Shown here piece after piece: positions 27,793-37,310 of a DNA stretch of 64,000 bases. The notes beneath the pieces were generated by a model. That model worked only from the letters and a program-made list of their open reading frames with translations. It ran no database searches and was not told the DNA's origin. Every line of letters begins with the position of its first letter. The stretch's first letter is position 1. Made by a program: the position numbers and the translations under genes. Source of the stretch: a virus (lineage: Duplodnaviria; Caudoviricetes); IMG/VR virus record IMGVR_UViG_3300023105_001451, positions 59,504 through 123,503 of that record; one strand, written 5' to 3'.

Positions 27793-28728
27793 ATGCAGTA
27801 TATTTGGAAAGTTTGGGAAAAAGAAATGCATCTTAGCGAAGCATGTAAGTGTTATTCTGATATATTAATACTAAGTCCTGAAGAAGCTCAAATAACTAGA
27901 TTTAATACAAAAGAATTAAAAAAGAAAAAGATAACTGCGGTAATGGGCGGCTATGATTCTAAGTGGTATAAAACATATTTTAAATCAAAAGTAAACTTAC
28001 ATCTTTGGCCTAATTTCTTTTTGTATCATATGATAGCAATGAACAAAGAATTTGACACACCAGATACAGAAATCAAATATCTTTTTACTTGTTTAAATGC
28101 TAGACCGCATTTACATAGAGTAATAATGCTTGACACTTTAAAAAAATATAATTTATTAGATACAAACATATATTCTTGGAACGATAAAGACCCAAAGAAT
28201 GTTAATAAACATTTTAATGACTACGTTCCTAAGTATTGGAGATACAAACACGTTACAATTGATAATTATAATCAAGACCCTGAAGTTAAGTTAAGAACAT
28301 TGCCCTTAGAAGTGCATCAAAGTTTAATTAATCTAGTTACAGAAACTTTTACTGATGTTCCTTTTATAACTGAAAAGACATATAAGAATTTTATTTTTGG
28401 AAAGCCTTTTTTAGTTTTCGGTTTTCCAGGAATACATAATCATCTAAAATATATGGGGTTTAAATTGTACGATAGTATTATTGATTATTCGTTTGATAAA
28501 GAACAAGATGATATTAAAAGATGCAATATGATTGTAGAGCAATTAGCTAAGTTGTCAAATAAAGATTTAAACGTTCTAAATCAACAAATGAAAGAGGTTA
28601 CAATATATAATAAACAACATGCAATAGATATTGTAAAATCAGAAATAGGCATCCCTGATATAGTTAGAGACTATCAAAAATATATAGATATTATAGATAA
28701 AACTAAAATTAATCTTCAGACTCTATAG
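27793..28728 (+). CDS. Putative glycosyltransferase (same family as 13206-14462)
   Basis: CLNARPHLHR, LVTET..FITEKTYK..PFLVFG..GFKLY..IDYSFD. Confidence 0.55.
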   Translation: MQYIWKVWEKEMHLSEACKCYSDILILSPEEAQITRFNTKELKKKKITAVMGGYDSKWYKTYFKSKVNLHLWPNFFLYHMIAMNKEFDTPDTEIKYLFTCLNARPHLHRVIMLDTLKKYNLLDTNIYSWNDKDPKNVNKHFNDYVPKYWRYKHVTIDNYNQDPEVKLRTLPLEVHQSLINLVTETFTDVPFITEKTYKNFIFGKPFLVFGFPGIHNHLKYMGFKLYDSIIDYSFDKEQDDIKRCNMIVEQLAKLSNKDLNVLNQQMKEVTIYNKQHAIDIVKSEIGIPDIVRDYQKYIDIIDKTKINLQTL

Positions 28729-28999
28729 TTCCAGAAGTTAAACGATATACTTCGAACTCGTCTGTGTTGAACATGTCGTTAAGTTTTTTTGCTAAATTGT
28801 GTGCATGTCCTGGGTTTGAAAAACTTGTCTTCTTATACTTAGGTCCGGGGTAGTTTGTAAGAATATTTGAGCTTTTAAGATTAAATGGCTCACTTCTATA
28901 AAATACAGCCCATATGGCTTCTGACTTTAAAACTTGTTCGCTTTTGTATGTCTTCTTATCGATATTTTCAAGAAGCACCGTTGGTTTAGGTCTGCTCAT
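28709..28999 (-). CDS. Hypothetical phage protein
   Basis: Start MSRPKP at 28999 after AAGGA; TAAATA at 29031-29036. Confidence 0.65.
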   Translation of the reverse strand: MSRPKPTVLLENIDKKTYKSEQVLKSEAIWAVFYRSEPFNLKSSNILTNYPGPKYKKTSFSNPGHAHNLAKKLNDMFNTDEFEVYRLTSGTIESED

Positions 29000-29062
29000 A
29001 AATGCGTATCCTTTAAATAATATACGCATATATTTATCTCTTTTAGAGGTTATCTACGTAGT

Positions 29063-29299
29063 TTACTTCCAATCAGAAGTAGTGCTGCCTAACTGTACTA
29101 CTACAGTTTCGTCTTGATTTTGCTTCTGTTGAAGAAGTTTTTCTAAATCACCGTTTAATCTAGCCATAACTTCTCCTAAAGCAAACGCAAGTCGTTTAGA
29201 TGTTTGTATATCTAATTTAATTTCTCTTGCATTTTTAGCATCTGCAGATTTTACACTAGCAATAAATTGTTGTATAGGTTGTGTATTAATAGGATCCAT
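29063..29299 (-). CDS. Hypothetical phage protein
   Basis: GGAG RBS; operon-packed. Confidence 0.6.
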   Translation of the reverse strand: MDPINTQPIQQFIASVKSADAKNAREIKLDIQTSKRLAFALGEVMARLNGDLEKLLQQKQNQDETVVVQLGSTTSDWK

Positions 29300-30092
29300 T
29301 TAATAACTCCGGTATAAAATGTTTTGCAATTAGCTCATGAACTTCAGTAGTATAATGTTCTTCGTCTAACTTCATGTCTTCGATATTAATATTTAAGTTT
29401 TCTTGGATCCATACATTAGCTGGTGTCCTAAAAACCTTAGTATTAGGTAAGTTTGAGTAAGTTTTAAAATTATCAGGAAATTGTACACGATCGTTTATAC
29501 GCCATACATATACAGGAACATCACTCATAAAGTCTATTAAAGCAATATCCTTACAGTATTCTTCGTGTTTAAGATGTGTACCTACTTCAGTATGAAACTT
29601 CATGTGCATATAGTTAGTATCAAAGCCTGGCCAGTCATATCCACCGTTTAGTTCGGGATAACCTTCATCATACATACCAATACTTTCCCATTTTGCCTTT
29701 TCGTTCCACTCTATGGCTTTATAGTCTTTAGTATTAAAGTCGTCGTATAAAATATATTTTTCGTCTTCTTTGTATGTACGAGTAAAATGGTCTACATCTA
29801 GCTGTCTAAACTGTAGATCTGTATTATTACCCATTATCCATCTATCCCAGTACGTAGATTGAATTACAATACCAGAAACTAAATGGTTATTAAGAACGTG
29901 TTTAATCCATCTCGGATATTTGTTATTAGGCGCACCTGAAGAAGAATAGATATAGCACTGCTGATCTGCTAAAGATTCAGCATAAATTTGTGCATAATTA
30001 TTATCGTCCCATATATGCTTATCGCCTGTTGTAGGATCTTGCCAAAAACCGTTTGTATGACTACATCCTACAAATAACAAATTACCTTGCAT
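29286..30092 (-). CDS. SGNH-like protein
   Basis: FVGCSHT, GAPN, DEEH; paralogue of 35128-35952 (IQSTYWxRW). Confidence 0.55.
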   Translation of the reverse strand: MQGNLLFVGCSHTNGFWQDPTTGDKHIWDDNNYAQIYAESLADQQCYIYSSSGAPNNKYPRWIKHVLNNHLVSGIVIQSTYWDRWIMGNNTDLQFRQLDVDHFTRTYKEDEKYILYDDFNTKDYKAIEWNEKAKWESIGMYDEGYPELNGGYDWPGFDTNYMHMKFHTEVGTHLKHEEYCKDIALIDFMSDVPVYVWRINDRVQFPDNFKTYSNLPNTKVFRTPANVWIQENLNINIEDMKLDEEHYTTEVHELIAKHFIPELLNGSY

Positions 30093-30555
30093 TTGCTTTA
30101 CTTAGTTCCTGGCGCATTTCTAAATCTGTTTTAAATGGACCTCGAGTTTCGTAACGTTCTACAGTGATGAGTTTAGGACAAAAAGATTTAACCCAACCTT
30201 TTTCGAATTTAATAATAAAATATCCTGCACAATACAGGCTCTTAGACTTTTCACTTTTTGTAAAAAGAGGTAACTTAGCTTGAACATTAAACAACGGATT
30301 ATAAGGTGTACAGCTAGTAGGATAGCCATATACTTCTTTATCTGCATCGTTAATTGTTGTTTTATTATCTTTAACCCAATCAATTTCGCCTAAGTTGTTT
30401 TTAAGATGTTTTGCATTTTTAAAAAATACTGTACCTTTAGTATTAGTAAACATAAATTGTTTCTCTTCATTAACGGTTAGAGTTCCTACACGTTCGCCCT
30501 GAGATTCAACAATCCAAAACTTGTCTTTTAATACTTCTTTTGCATTTACTGTCAT
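30082..30555 (-). CDS. Hypothetical phage protein
   Basis: ATGA-type overlap in operon. Confidence 0.65.
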   Translation of the reverse strand: MTVNAKEVLKDKFWIVESQGERVGTLTVNEEKQFMFTNTKGTVFFKNAKHLKNNLGEIDWVKDNKTTINDADKEVYGYPTSCTPYNPLFNVQAKLPLFTKSEKSKSLYCAGYFIIKFEKGWVKSFCPKLITVERYETRGPFKTDLEMRQELSKANAR

Positions 30556-31535
30556 TTAATATACCTCGCTTGTAAAGGAACTGAATATTGTTGTGCTTGA
30601 TCTGCAATACGTTGCATATCCCACTTAGCGCAGAATTTCATAAGACGCATACCAACTTGTGTAATGTCTTTAGGTTCTACTTCTTTAACTGTATTATTAA
30701 TTATCTCTCTTATTTCTGCTGGCTGTGCAGATAAGTCACATAGTGTTACATTGCGGTTGTAGTCGTCCAAAACACGGTGCTCAACACCATTATGATCAAC
30801 CCAACGCTGTAGCATAAGATTATTCCAGTTATAACCTTTCGTGGACTTATCGTCAAATGCTTCCAATAAGCCAACTTTATTCTTTGTACCTTTCTTTCGA
30901 ACGCCCGGATAAGCGGAGAAAACATTGTCACTTGTATCACCTCGCATACATTTTTCAAACAACATATATTCAGGATTAGGTGCTGCCTTAGGCTCACCTG
31001 TCTTTTTATCTACTACAGGCTTACCTTTGTCGTCAAAGTAACCTTCGTGTGTAATTGTAACGTTTTGTATACCGTTGTACTGACGTACATTAGGAGCAAT
31101 TAGTTGTGCAAAGTCACCGTCGGTACTGATAATAACATGATTGTCATTAGGATGTGCTTGCACCCAGCCAGCAATTAAGTCATCTGCTTCTAGTTGCGGA
31201 TGACGCATAACTGTACAGTTAGTCTTAGTACTAACAAAGTCTTTAAACTCGTCAAAGATTTCCCAAAACACAGTATCTTCTTCTTGCTGTGCCGGAGTCA
31301 TTGCGTCTCGTGTTTCTTGTCTGTTACGCTTATAAGGCTCGTAGTAGTCTTTACGCCAGCTACGTCCTTCTAAGCAGAAAACAACATGATCTGCGTCGAA
31401 GTCTTGCCATGCCTTTTTAACACCACTAAGCGTAATGTGTAATGCCATACCTACCTTTGTATCAATGTCGCCACGTACTACGTGTCGAGCTCTAAAGAAA
31501 GTGTTAGCAGTATCTACAAGTATATAAGTTGCCAT
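30552..31535 (-). CDS. rnh: T4-type RNase H / 5'-3' exonuclease
   Basis: ILVD, SWRKDYY.PYK.NR, LEADDLIA, STDGDF.QL, GDTSDN. Confidence 0.9.
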   Translation of the reverse strand: MATYILVDTANTFFRARHVVRGDIDTKVGMALHITLSGVKKAWQDFDADHVVFCLEGRSWRKDYYEPYKRNRQETRDAMTPAQQEEDTVFWEIFDEFKDFVSTKTNCTVMRHPQLEADDLIAGWVQAHPNDNHVIISTDGDFAQLIAPNVRQYNGIQNVTITHEGYFDDKGKPVVDKKTGEPKAAPNPEYMLFEKCMRGDTSDNVFSAYPGVRKKGTKNKVGLLEAFDDKSTKGYNWNNLMLQRWVDHNGVEHRVLDDYNRNVTLCDLSAQPAEIREIINNTVKEVEPKDITQVGMRLMKFCAKWDMQRIADQAQQYSVPLQARYIK

Positions 31536-31568
31536 ATGTTATTGCCTATATTATCAGTTACAATATAC

Positions 31569-31597
31569 ATTATTGCATATATATTTTAATTTGTCAA
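31569..31597 (-). promoter_or_regulatory. Sigma70-type promoter TTGACA-N17-AATAAT
   Basis: Upstream of rnh. Confidence 0.7.
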
Positions 31598-32277
31598 CCA
31601 AAATTATTCATAATCTCTTGGTTCATAAATGTCTCAAGATTTGGATTATTTTTCCAAGATTCAATGCCTGGTAGTCTTAAATCAAATGCAATACTTAATC
31701 TTAACTGCTCTTTTTCATTCTTATTAACACCGTGCGGAACATAGCTTGGAAACAATGTTAGTCCGCCTTTTTTGTTTTCAGCAGGAAAAATTTGTGTGTC
31801 GTCAATTGGAGCTCTATAATATGTAGTGGTATGCGGATAATCATCTAAATGCATGTTGCCACTTAGATATACATCAGGACCTGCACCGTGTTTATGTTCG
31901 TCAATACCATGTCCTTGACGAACGATATTATACCATAATGTCATTTCTAATTCTTGTACTTCTAGATGTTCTAAATGACAAAAATTTAAATAACTAGCTC
32001 TTAAAAAATTTAAAAGATCGTTTAACTCAGGACATTCGTTTGCAAAGTCAAATAGGTTGTATAAACTAAATCTGCTTGTAACACTATCTTCTCCTAATCC
32101 TGTAGCAGCATCATGGTGAGTTTCGATAGCTAATATTCTAGGTTCGATTTCAATTAAAAAATTTCTAATTTTATCAATTTTTTCTACGTCATTCCATTGA
32201 GTTTGAAATATGGGAATATCCCATTGAGGGCTAATATCTGTAATAGGGTGTAAACTTTTTAATCTTTCTACAATCAT
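31594..32277 (-). CDS. 2OG-Fe(II) oxygenase (TIGR02466-like)
   Basis: WYN..EHKH..LSG..LFPSYVPHGV..RLSIAFD. Confidence 0.8.
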   Translation of the reverse strand: MIVERLKSLHPITDISPQWDIPIFQTQWNDVEKIDKIRNFLIEIEPRILAIETHHDAATGLGEDSVTSRFSLYNLFDFANECPELNDLLNFLRASYLNFCHLEHLEVQELEMTLWYNIVRQGHGIDEHKHGAGPDVYLSGNMHLDDYPHTTTYYRAPIDDTQIFPAENKKGGLTLFPSYVPHGVNKNEKEQLRLSIAFDLRLPGIESWKNNPNLETFMNQEIMNNFG

Positions 32278-32678
32278 GAAACTTCGCTTTTACCTTTATC
32301 AATCGGAACAACATTTATGTAGCCCATATTTCTATCGGTAGCTTGGCCATCTTCGTCTAGCATTTGCATTACAATAGTTCTAAACCAAGCGTCTACAATT
32401 TGTTCTTGTGTTTCGCCTTTGTATCCAGCATCAAGTAACTGTTCAATAAACTCGTTATTCCAGTCGAGCTCAAAGAAACCGTTTCGAATGTTATCTGGAT
32501 TAATTTGTGTGTCTAAAACAGCAACCCAAGGTTCGCCAGCTTTTGTAGCAGCTTCTTTTTCTGCGTCTAGTGCTTCTCGACGAATATCTTCTTGTGTCTT
32601 TACAACTTCAGGTTCTTGTTCTTCGACAATCTTAGGAGTAACTCCTAAAAGTTGTTTAATCTTTTCCCATTGTGTCAT
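32274..32678 (-). CDS. Hypothetical phage protein
   Basis: Operon-packed ORF with RBS. Confidence 0.65.
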   Translation of the reverse strand: MTQWEKIKQLLGVTPKIVEEQEPEVVKTQEDIRREALDAEKEAATKAGEPWVAVLDTQINPDNIRNGFFELDWNNEFIEQLLDAGYKGETQEQIVDAWFRTIVMQMLDEDGQATDRNMGYINVVPIDKGKSEVS

Positions 32679-32783
32679 AGTCCTGCCTCCCTGGCACGTT
32701 TTTCTAAGTCTACATCTAGCTCTTTATCTTTAGTAATAGGAGCAGTCATAGCCTTTTGATGTTGTTTATTTTTATACACGATC

Positions 32784-33677
32784 TTAGGTCCCCCATGCAT
32801 TTCCGAATAATGATATGTGGAGTCTTGGGGTAAATCGCCATCCTCTTTCCATACACGCTTCGGCAACGTCTTTAACATTGAGACTGTATTCTTCACTGCG
32901 TCCGCCCAGCGGCATAAGATATACCGGACATTGAACCCCGGCGTCTCTGTAAGCGTCCACAGCTCTTGTAACTTCGTCAAAGTCATCTTGAGTAGCCACA
33001 ACAAACTTAAGATAAATGTCACTGCCGTCAACAAGGCTGTACTCGCGAGCAACATTAGGCAATATAGCAGTTTCCCAAGGTTCTCCTGAGACACTAAGTT
33101 TTGGGGAACAACTCCAAGTGACTTCAAATCTGTTTTGATCTGTGAGATAGTTGTAGAAGTCGTCATGTAAAGATTGTGTAGTATTTGTTTCAAATGTAAC
33201 ATTTTTTAAATCCTGCATCTTTGGATGCTCAAATAAATCAATATAAAGCTTCTGCCATGCAAGCAAAGGCTCACCACCAGTCATGATCAAATGAATATCT
33301 TGACCGTTATCTTGCGTCCATTTACCATTTGGAGTAAGTGATAGCAAGTGTTCAACAACTTCGTCTACTTCTTTAAGCATATTAAAATGCTTAAATTCAG
33401 GATAGATACTTGCATAAGTGTCGCAGCCTGTATGTATAATAGGTAAGTCGTTAAATTCTTTTGTAGTCTTATGAACATCTTTAGCAATTAGATCTGCAAC
33501 TTCGGCATTATGTTTAATGCCTTCTTTGTGAAGTGTCCAACGATCCTTTGTTTCGCCAGTACCAAAGTTCATACAGCGGAAGTTACAACCAAATGTACGT
33601 AGGAATACACTAGGTACTCCTACAAACTTGCCTTCGCCTTGCACACTGTAAAATGCTTCACTATAGCGTAGTTTCAT
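32784..33677 (-). CDS. queE: 7-carboxy-7-deazaguanine synthase
   Basis: EAFYSVQGEG, FLRTFGCNFRC...CDT (split CxxxC..C), TGGEP, ETN, SPK, PRLH; start reassigned to 33677. Confidence 0.9.
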   Translation of the reverse strand: MKLRYSEAFYSVQGEGKFVGVPSVFLRTFGCNFRCMNFGTGETKDRWTLHKEGIKHNAEVADLIAKDVHKTTKEFNDLPIIHTGCDTYASIYPEFKHFNMLKEVDEVVEHLLSLTPNGKWTQDNGQDIHLIMTGGEPLLAWQKLYIDLFEHPKMQDLKNVTFETNTTQSLHDDFYNYLTDQNRFEVTWSCSPKLSVSGEPWETAILPNVAREYSLVDGSDIYLKFVVATQDDFDEVTRAVDAYRDAGVQCPVYLMPLGGRSEEYSLNVKDVAEACMERGWRFTPRLHISLFGNAWGT

Positions 33678-33841
33678 TAAAATATCTCCTCTGCAATGCC
33701 AATAAATTCTGCAATAGCAAATAGTAATGCAAACAGAACTAATGAGCCAGTGGCTGCGGCAACTAGACATGCTCCTAATCTAATAATACTTTTCACCATG
33801 CTTAAATAAAAATGTGTTTTACCCGGATCTTTATTTAACAT
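33677..33841 (-). CDS. 54-aa membrane protein between folE and queE (not in ORF track)
   Basis: MLNKDPGKTHFYLSMVKSIIRLGACLVAAATGSLVLFALLFAIAEFIGIAEEIF; overlaps both neighbours and fills the gap exactly. Confidence 0.7.
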   Translation of the reverse strand: MLNKDPGKTHFYLSMVKSIIRLGACLVAAATGSLVLFALLFAIAEFIGIAEEIF

Positions 33842-34518
33842 GCGAACTCCTGTTGCAGTTTAATGTTATCAAAAAACTCTTTCTTTGTACCAGGGTCGTC
33901 TTTAAACGCACCTTTTAGTACAGTTGTTTGTGTAAGTGAACTATGTGCCATAATGCCACGATTCTCACAACAGCCGTGTGTTGCTTGAATATAAACACCT
34001 AAGTGTTCTGCACCTGTTGCTTTAGCAATCTCACGTGCAATATCATTTGCAAGTTCTTCTTGCAGTGTGCCACGTCGAGCGCACCACTGTGCAATGCGTG
34101 TGTACTTAGATAGTCCGATAAGTTTTTCTGCGGCAATAATACCAATGTATGCTGTACCAGTCACTGGCTGGTGATGATGCGAACACATTGATTTTAGTTC
34201 TGAACGAACAACTAACATACCTTCGTAGCGTTCATCTGAATCATTTGGAAATGCTGTTGCACTTGGAATAGGATCATAACGTCCTGCCATAATCTCATTA
34301 AAATACATTTTAGCAAGACGTCTTGCTGTACCTTGTGAGTTAGGATCATTATGTCGATCAATAACTAGTGCATCTAGTACACCTTCAAATGCTTCGGTTG
34401 CATCTTCAATAAGTGCTTCTTTGTCGCCTGCTTGTAAGACTTCTGAAATATTATCGCCTGCCCAATAGCGAATGTTTGCATCTTGCAAACGGGCTGTAAT
34501 TTGTTTTGCTTTGCTCAA
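33835..34518 (-). CDS. folE: GTP cyclohydrolase I
   Basis: SMCSHH, IGLSK..R, LQE, ATHGC..RG. Confidence 0.95.
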   Translation of the reverse strand: MSKAKQITARLQDANIRYWAGDNISEVLQAGDKEALIEDATEAFEGVLDALVIDRHNDPNSQGTARRLAKMYFNEIMAGRYDPIPSATAFPNDSDERYEGMLVVRSELKSMCSHHHQPVTGTAYIGIIAAEKLIGLSKYTRIAQWCARRGTLQEELANDIAREIAKATGAEHLGVYIQATHGCCENRGIMAHSSLTQTTVLKGAFKDDPGTKKEFFDNIKLQQEFAC

Positions 34519-34559
34519 TTTTATTCTCCGAGTTAAAGACGAGGATGTCTTATTGTTTA

Positions 34560-34588
34560 AGTATACATGATTATTTAGGTCTTGTCAA
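34560..34588 (-). promoter_or_regulatory. Sigma70-type promoter TTGACA-N17-TATACT with TAAATA inside the spacer
   Basis: Upstream of folE. Confidence 0.75.
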
Positions 34589-35141
34589 CCTTTTCTTTCC
34601 AAAAGAAAGTTGAAATACTAAATCTATATTTGGGTGCAGTTGGACTTGGTCCGTTGAATCTATGTACAAGTTCACCATCAAACACAACCATTCTGTTAGG
34701 AGTATACGGTAATGCACAAATTATGTCTTTGCCGTTTTCGTCATAAAACATAGTTTCGCCGCTCCATCCATCTTTCCATTCTTTATTAGCATAATATAAG
34801 ATGACATCTTGATCTTTATGTATATGATGTGTATGAGAGTCGGCTATAGTATCGCAATTAATAACAGTTTTTTCTATAGCACGTTCTTTAAATTCTTGAA
34901 ACGGTTGTGCTTTTGTTAATATATTTAAAAAATCATTTAAACTGTCATTTGTGTGTGCATGTTCCCACATATCTGTAGTAATTTCACTATGAAAATATGC
35001 TTCTTTTTCAAATACACTATCAGCCCAGCCAATCTGATAAGGAGCATTCATGCATTTACCGTATAAAAGGGTTTGATCATCCCAATTGAATACATTGTCA
35101 TAGACTTTTATTTGTGGGTGAGGCTGACTAACTTGTAACAT
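34575..35141 (-). CDS. 2OG-Fe(II) oxygenase
   Basis: HIHKD, LYYAN.EW...WSGET, NRMVVFDG..H, RFSI. Confidence 0.85.
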   Translation of the reverse strand: MLQVSQPHPQIKVYDNVFNWDDQTLLYGKCMNAPYQIGWADSVFEKEAYFHSEITTDMWEHAHTNDSLNDFLNILTKAQPFQEFKERAIEKTVINCDTIADSHTHHIHKDQDVILYYANKEWKDGWSGETMFYDENGKDIICALPYTPNRMVVFDGELVHRFNGPSPTAPKYRFSISTFFWKEKVDKT

Positions 35142-35952
35142 TCACTAATCCTTGTATATAAGGTATATATTCTTTACCAATTATTTCATGTATATGTTTT
35201 GGATAATGTTCGCCGTCTATGGTATCATCCTCAATATTTAGATCTTTGTGTTCTAGAACCCAATTTTTAGCACTTTGTTTAACAATATTAATGTTAGTTA
35301 AGTCACCATATAAATTAAACTCTTCAGGCATGTATACTCTATCATTAATCCTCCATAAATGACACTGAATGTTGTGTTCTTTACATAGAGTATTGATAAT
35401 ATATAAGTTACTTAAATATTCTCTGTATTGTAAATGTGTAAGACTTTCATGATACAGCCGAGTATACGGATATTTTTCATGGAAAGGAGCCCAGTCTGGA
35501 CTTATATCATGCGGATCATATGTTAACCCTTTAAACTGCTCGAACAGTTCTTTCCTACATTGTTCGACTAATTCTACATGATCGTCAGTGTGTTTCCAAT
35601 CAGTATAATATTTGATACGTGGATTCCTTGGACATACATATCTATCATCTAAAAATAAATCACTTTTGGTGCCATCACCGTATTCGAGCGTACGACTAGC
35701 AGCCATTAGCCATCTATTCCAGTAAGTAGACTGAATAAACACATGATCAACATTGTGTCTGTCTATAATAGATTTTAACCAAATAGGATATTTTTGATTA
35801 GACGCACCTGGTAATGCATAAACAACTACATCCTTATTAAAATGCATTGAGTATACATCTGCATAATTATTATCTTGCCACTGCTGTACCTTTTCGTCTA
35901 TACAAACGTATCCTGTTGTATGACTATCTCCCAAAAACGCAGTAACAGACAT
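35128..35952 (-). CDS. SGNH-like protein
   Basis: FLGDSHT, PGASN, DGEH. Confidence 0.6.
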   Translation of the reverse strand: MSVTAFLGDSHTTGYVCIDEKVQQWQDNNYADVYSMHFNKDVVVYALPGASNQKYPIWLKSIIDRHNVDHVFIQSTYWNRWLMAASRTLEYGDGTKSDLFLDDRYVCPRNPRIKYYTDWKHTDDHVELVEQCRKELFEQFKGLTYDPHDISPDWAPFHEKYPYTRLYHESLTHLQYREYLSNLYIINTLCKEHNIQCHLWRINDRVYMPEEFNLYGDLTNINIVKQSAKNWVLEHKDLNIEDDTIDGEHYPKHIHEIIGKEYIPYIQGLVNVTS

Positions 35953-36377
35953 TATGCATCCTCAAGTGCATTATATGCCTCAGTTGTTCCTTCTGACAGT
36001 TTAGTATAGTCACCTTTACCTGGAACACAGTGTCTAATACCGCCTGCAGGATTTTTGCAATCATTATTTCTACGGAAGATCAAGTGTACATGGGGATACA
36101 TGCAAGTTTGTCCTGCACTTTGCCCCATATTAATACCTACATTATAGCCTGTAATATTGTTTGCAAGACTAGATACATTTTGTTCTCCCATAGAAACAGC
36201 AAACTTAAAGCATCTCATTAGATTATCCTCGTGGTTTACTTTTGGAACAACAAGTGTATGTCCTTCGGTTACTGGATATTTGTCGTTGTAAACAACAAAA
36301 TCTCTAGTATCAAGCTCAACATCTGTCCAAGGAGCTCGTCAGTCCTTTTGTGCTTGTTCTAATGTATCAAGATACAT
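35952..36377 (-). pseudogene. HIT-family nucleotide hydrolase interrupted by an in-frame TGA at codon 13
   Basis: MYLDTLEQAQKD*RAPW...DKYPVTEGHTLVVPK...GYNVGINMG.SAGQT..YPHVHLI; TGA at 36339-36341. Confidence 0.8.
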
Positions 36378-36762
36378 AAACTTCCTCCTCGATATATCGT
36401 TTTAATTCTTTATCTTCTACATCATTTGGAATATCATTTTTGTAAAAGATTCTATAGCTGTCACTACCGTACTTACCAATGCCACAGAGTTTAGTAGCAT
36501 CTTCTCCGTCCCAATCTAACCACTGTTGTGACATTTTGTAAATGCGTTTTGCACGAACATTTTGCATACCCAACGGCTTTAGCATTTCTGCAATTTCGTC
36601 TACAGTTGCAAATAGTAGAAATCCAGCAGTAGGCCAGCGTTTAAAGAATTCTTTTAGTACAGGCTTAGTTTGACGCCTGTCTACTTGATTTAAACAGATG
36701 ACACCAACCATATGCTGCCAGCTATCTTCAACTTGCTGTTGTACCATCAAGTCGTCTCTCAT
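36367..36762 (-). CDS. MBD4-like HhH-GPD DNA glycosylase
   Basis: W..MVGVICLN, LKPLG...RAK, LCGIGKYGSDSYRIF, EDKEL closely match the MBD4 catalytic domain. Confidence 0.8.
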   Translation of the reverse strand: MRDDLMVQQQVEDSWQHMVGVICLNQVDRRQTKPVLKEFFKRWPTAGFLLFATVDEIAEMLKPLGMQNVRAKRIYKMSQQWLDWDGEDATKLCGIGKYGSDSYRIFYKNDIPNDVEDKELKRYIEEEVYVS

Positions 36763-37310
36763 TGTCCTACATTCTCCCAAGGGTAAACAAGCCAAACATC
36801 TTCTTCTGCTTTGTTTACTTCGTGTACTGAGTAATTCACTCCGCCAAACTCGCTTGATAAGTTTTCTGTAATAACTGCAAAGCGGACATTGTTACCCCAT
36901 ACAGTATTCCAATTAGGATTGTCAGGTAAACAAGAGCTTTGCCAATCTTGTTTAATCCAATTAAATGTTGCACCAGTATCGTTTATATCATCTACAATTA
37001 AGATATTTTTCTTTTCAAAAGAATCACTAGTTTTGTAATCATGCCCTGAAATATAACCAAACGCATCTTCACTCATCCAGCAGTTACTTTCACTACCGTG
37101 TCCTTCTCTATCGTCACGCAAGCTAACCTTTAGTGCTTCACAACGAATGTTTAACATATTACTAAGAATAGTTGCAGGAACATTGCCACCTCTTGTAATA
37201 CCTACAATGTAGTCAGGCTTCCAGTTGTCGTTATACATTTGTAGTGCAATGTTTAGACATGCTCTTTCGATGTCTGCCCAATCATAATATTGTTTTTTAA
37301 TCATCTTCAT
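36759..37310 (-). CDS. Type I phosphoribosyltransferase (Gpt-like)
   Basis: VGITRGG, ILIVDDINDTGAT, WLVYPWE. Confidence 0.9.
   Translation of the reverse strand: MKMIKKQYYDWADIERACLNIALQMYNDNWKPDYIVGITRGGNVPATILSNMLNIRCEALKVSLRDDREGHGSESNCWMSEDAFGYISGHDYKTSDSFEKKNILIVDDINDTGATFNWIKQDWQSSCLPDNPNWNTVWGNNVRFAVITENLSSEFGGVNYSVHEVNKAEEDVWLVYPWENVGQ

Noticed and set aside
32675-33202. 175-aa ORF overlapping queE in another frame
   Set aside because: Shadow of queE. At most its last 34 codons (GTG at 32779) form a small real gene, which is unsupported.
36339-36341. Genome-wide TGA reassignment (Gly or Trp) or selenocysteine
   Set aside because: Many genes end at TGA with ATGA overlaps and complete C-termini. 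Only one internal TGA was seen, not at a catalytic Cys-like position, and no suppressor or Sec tRNA is in the window.
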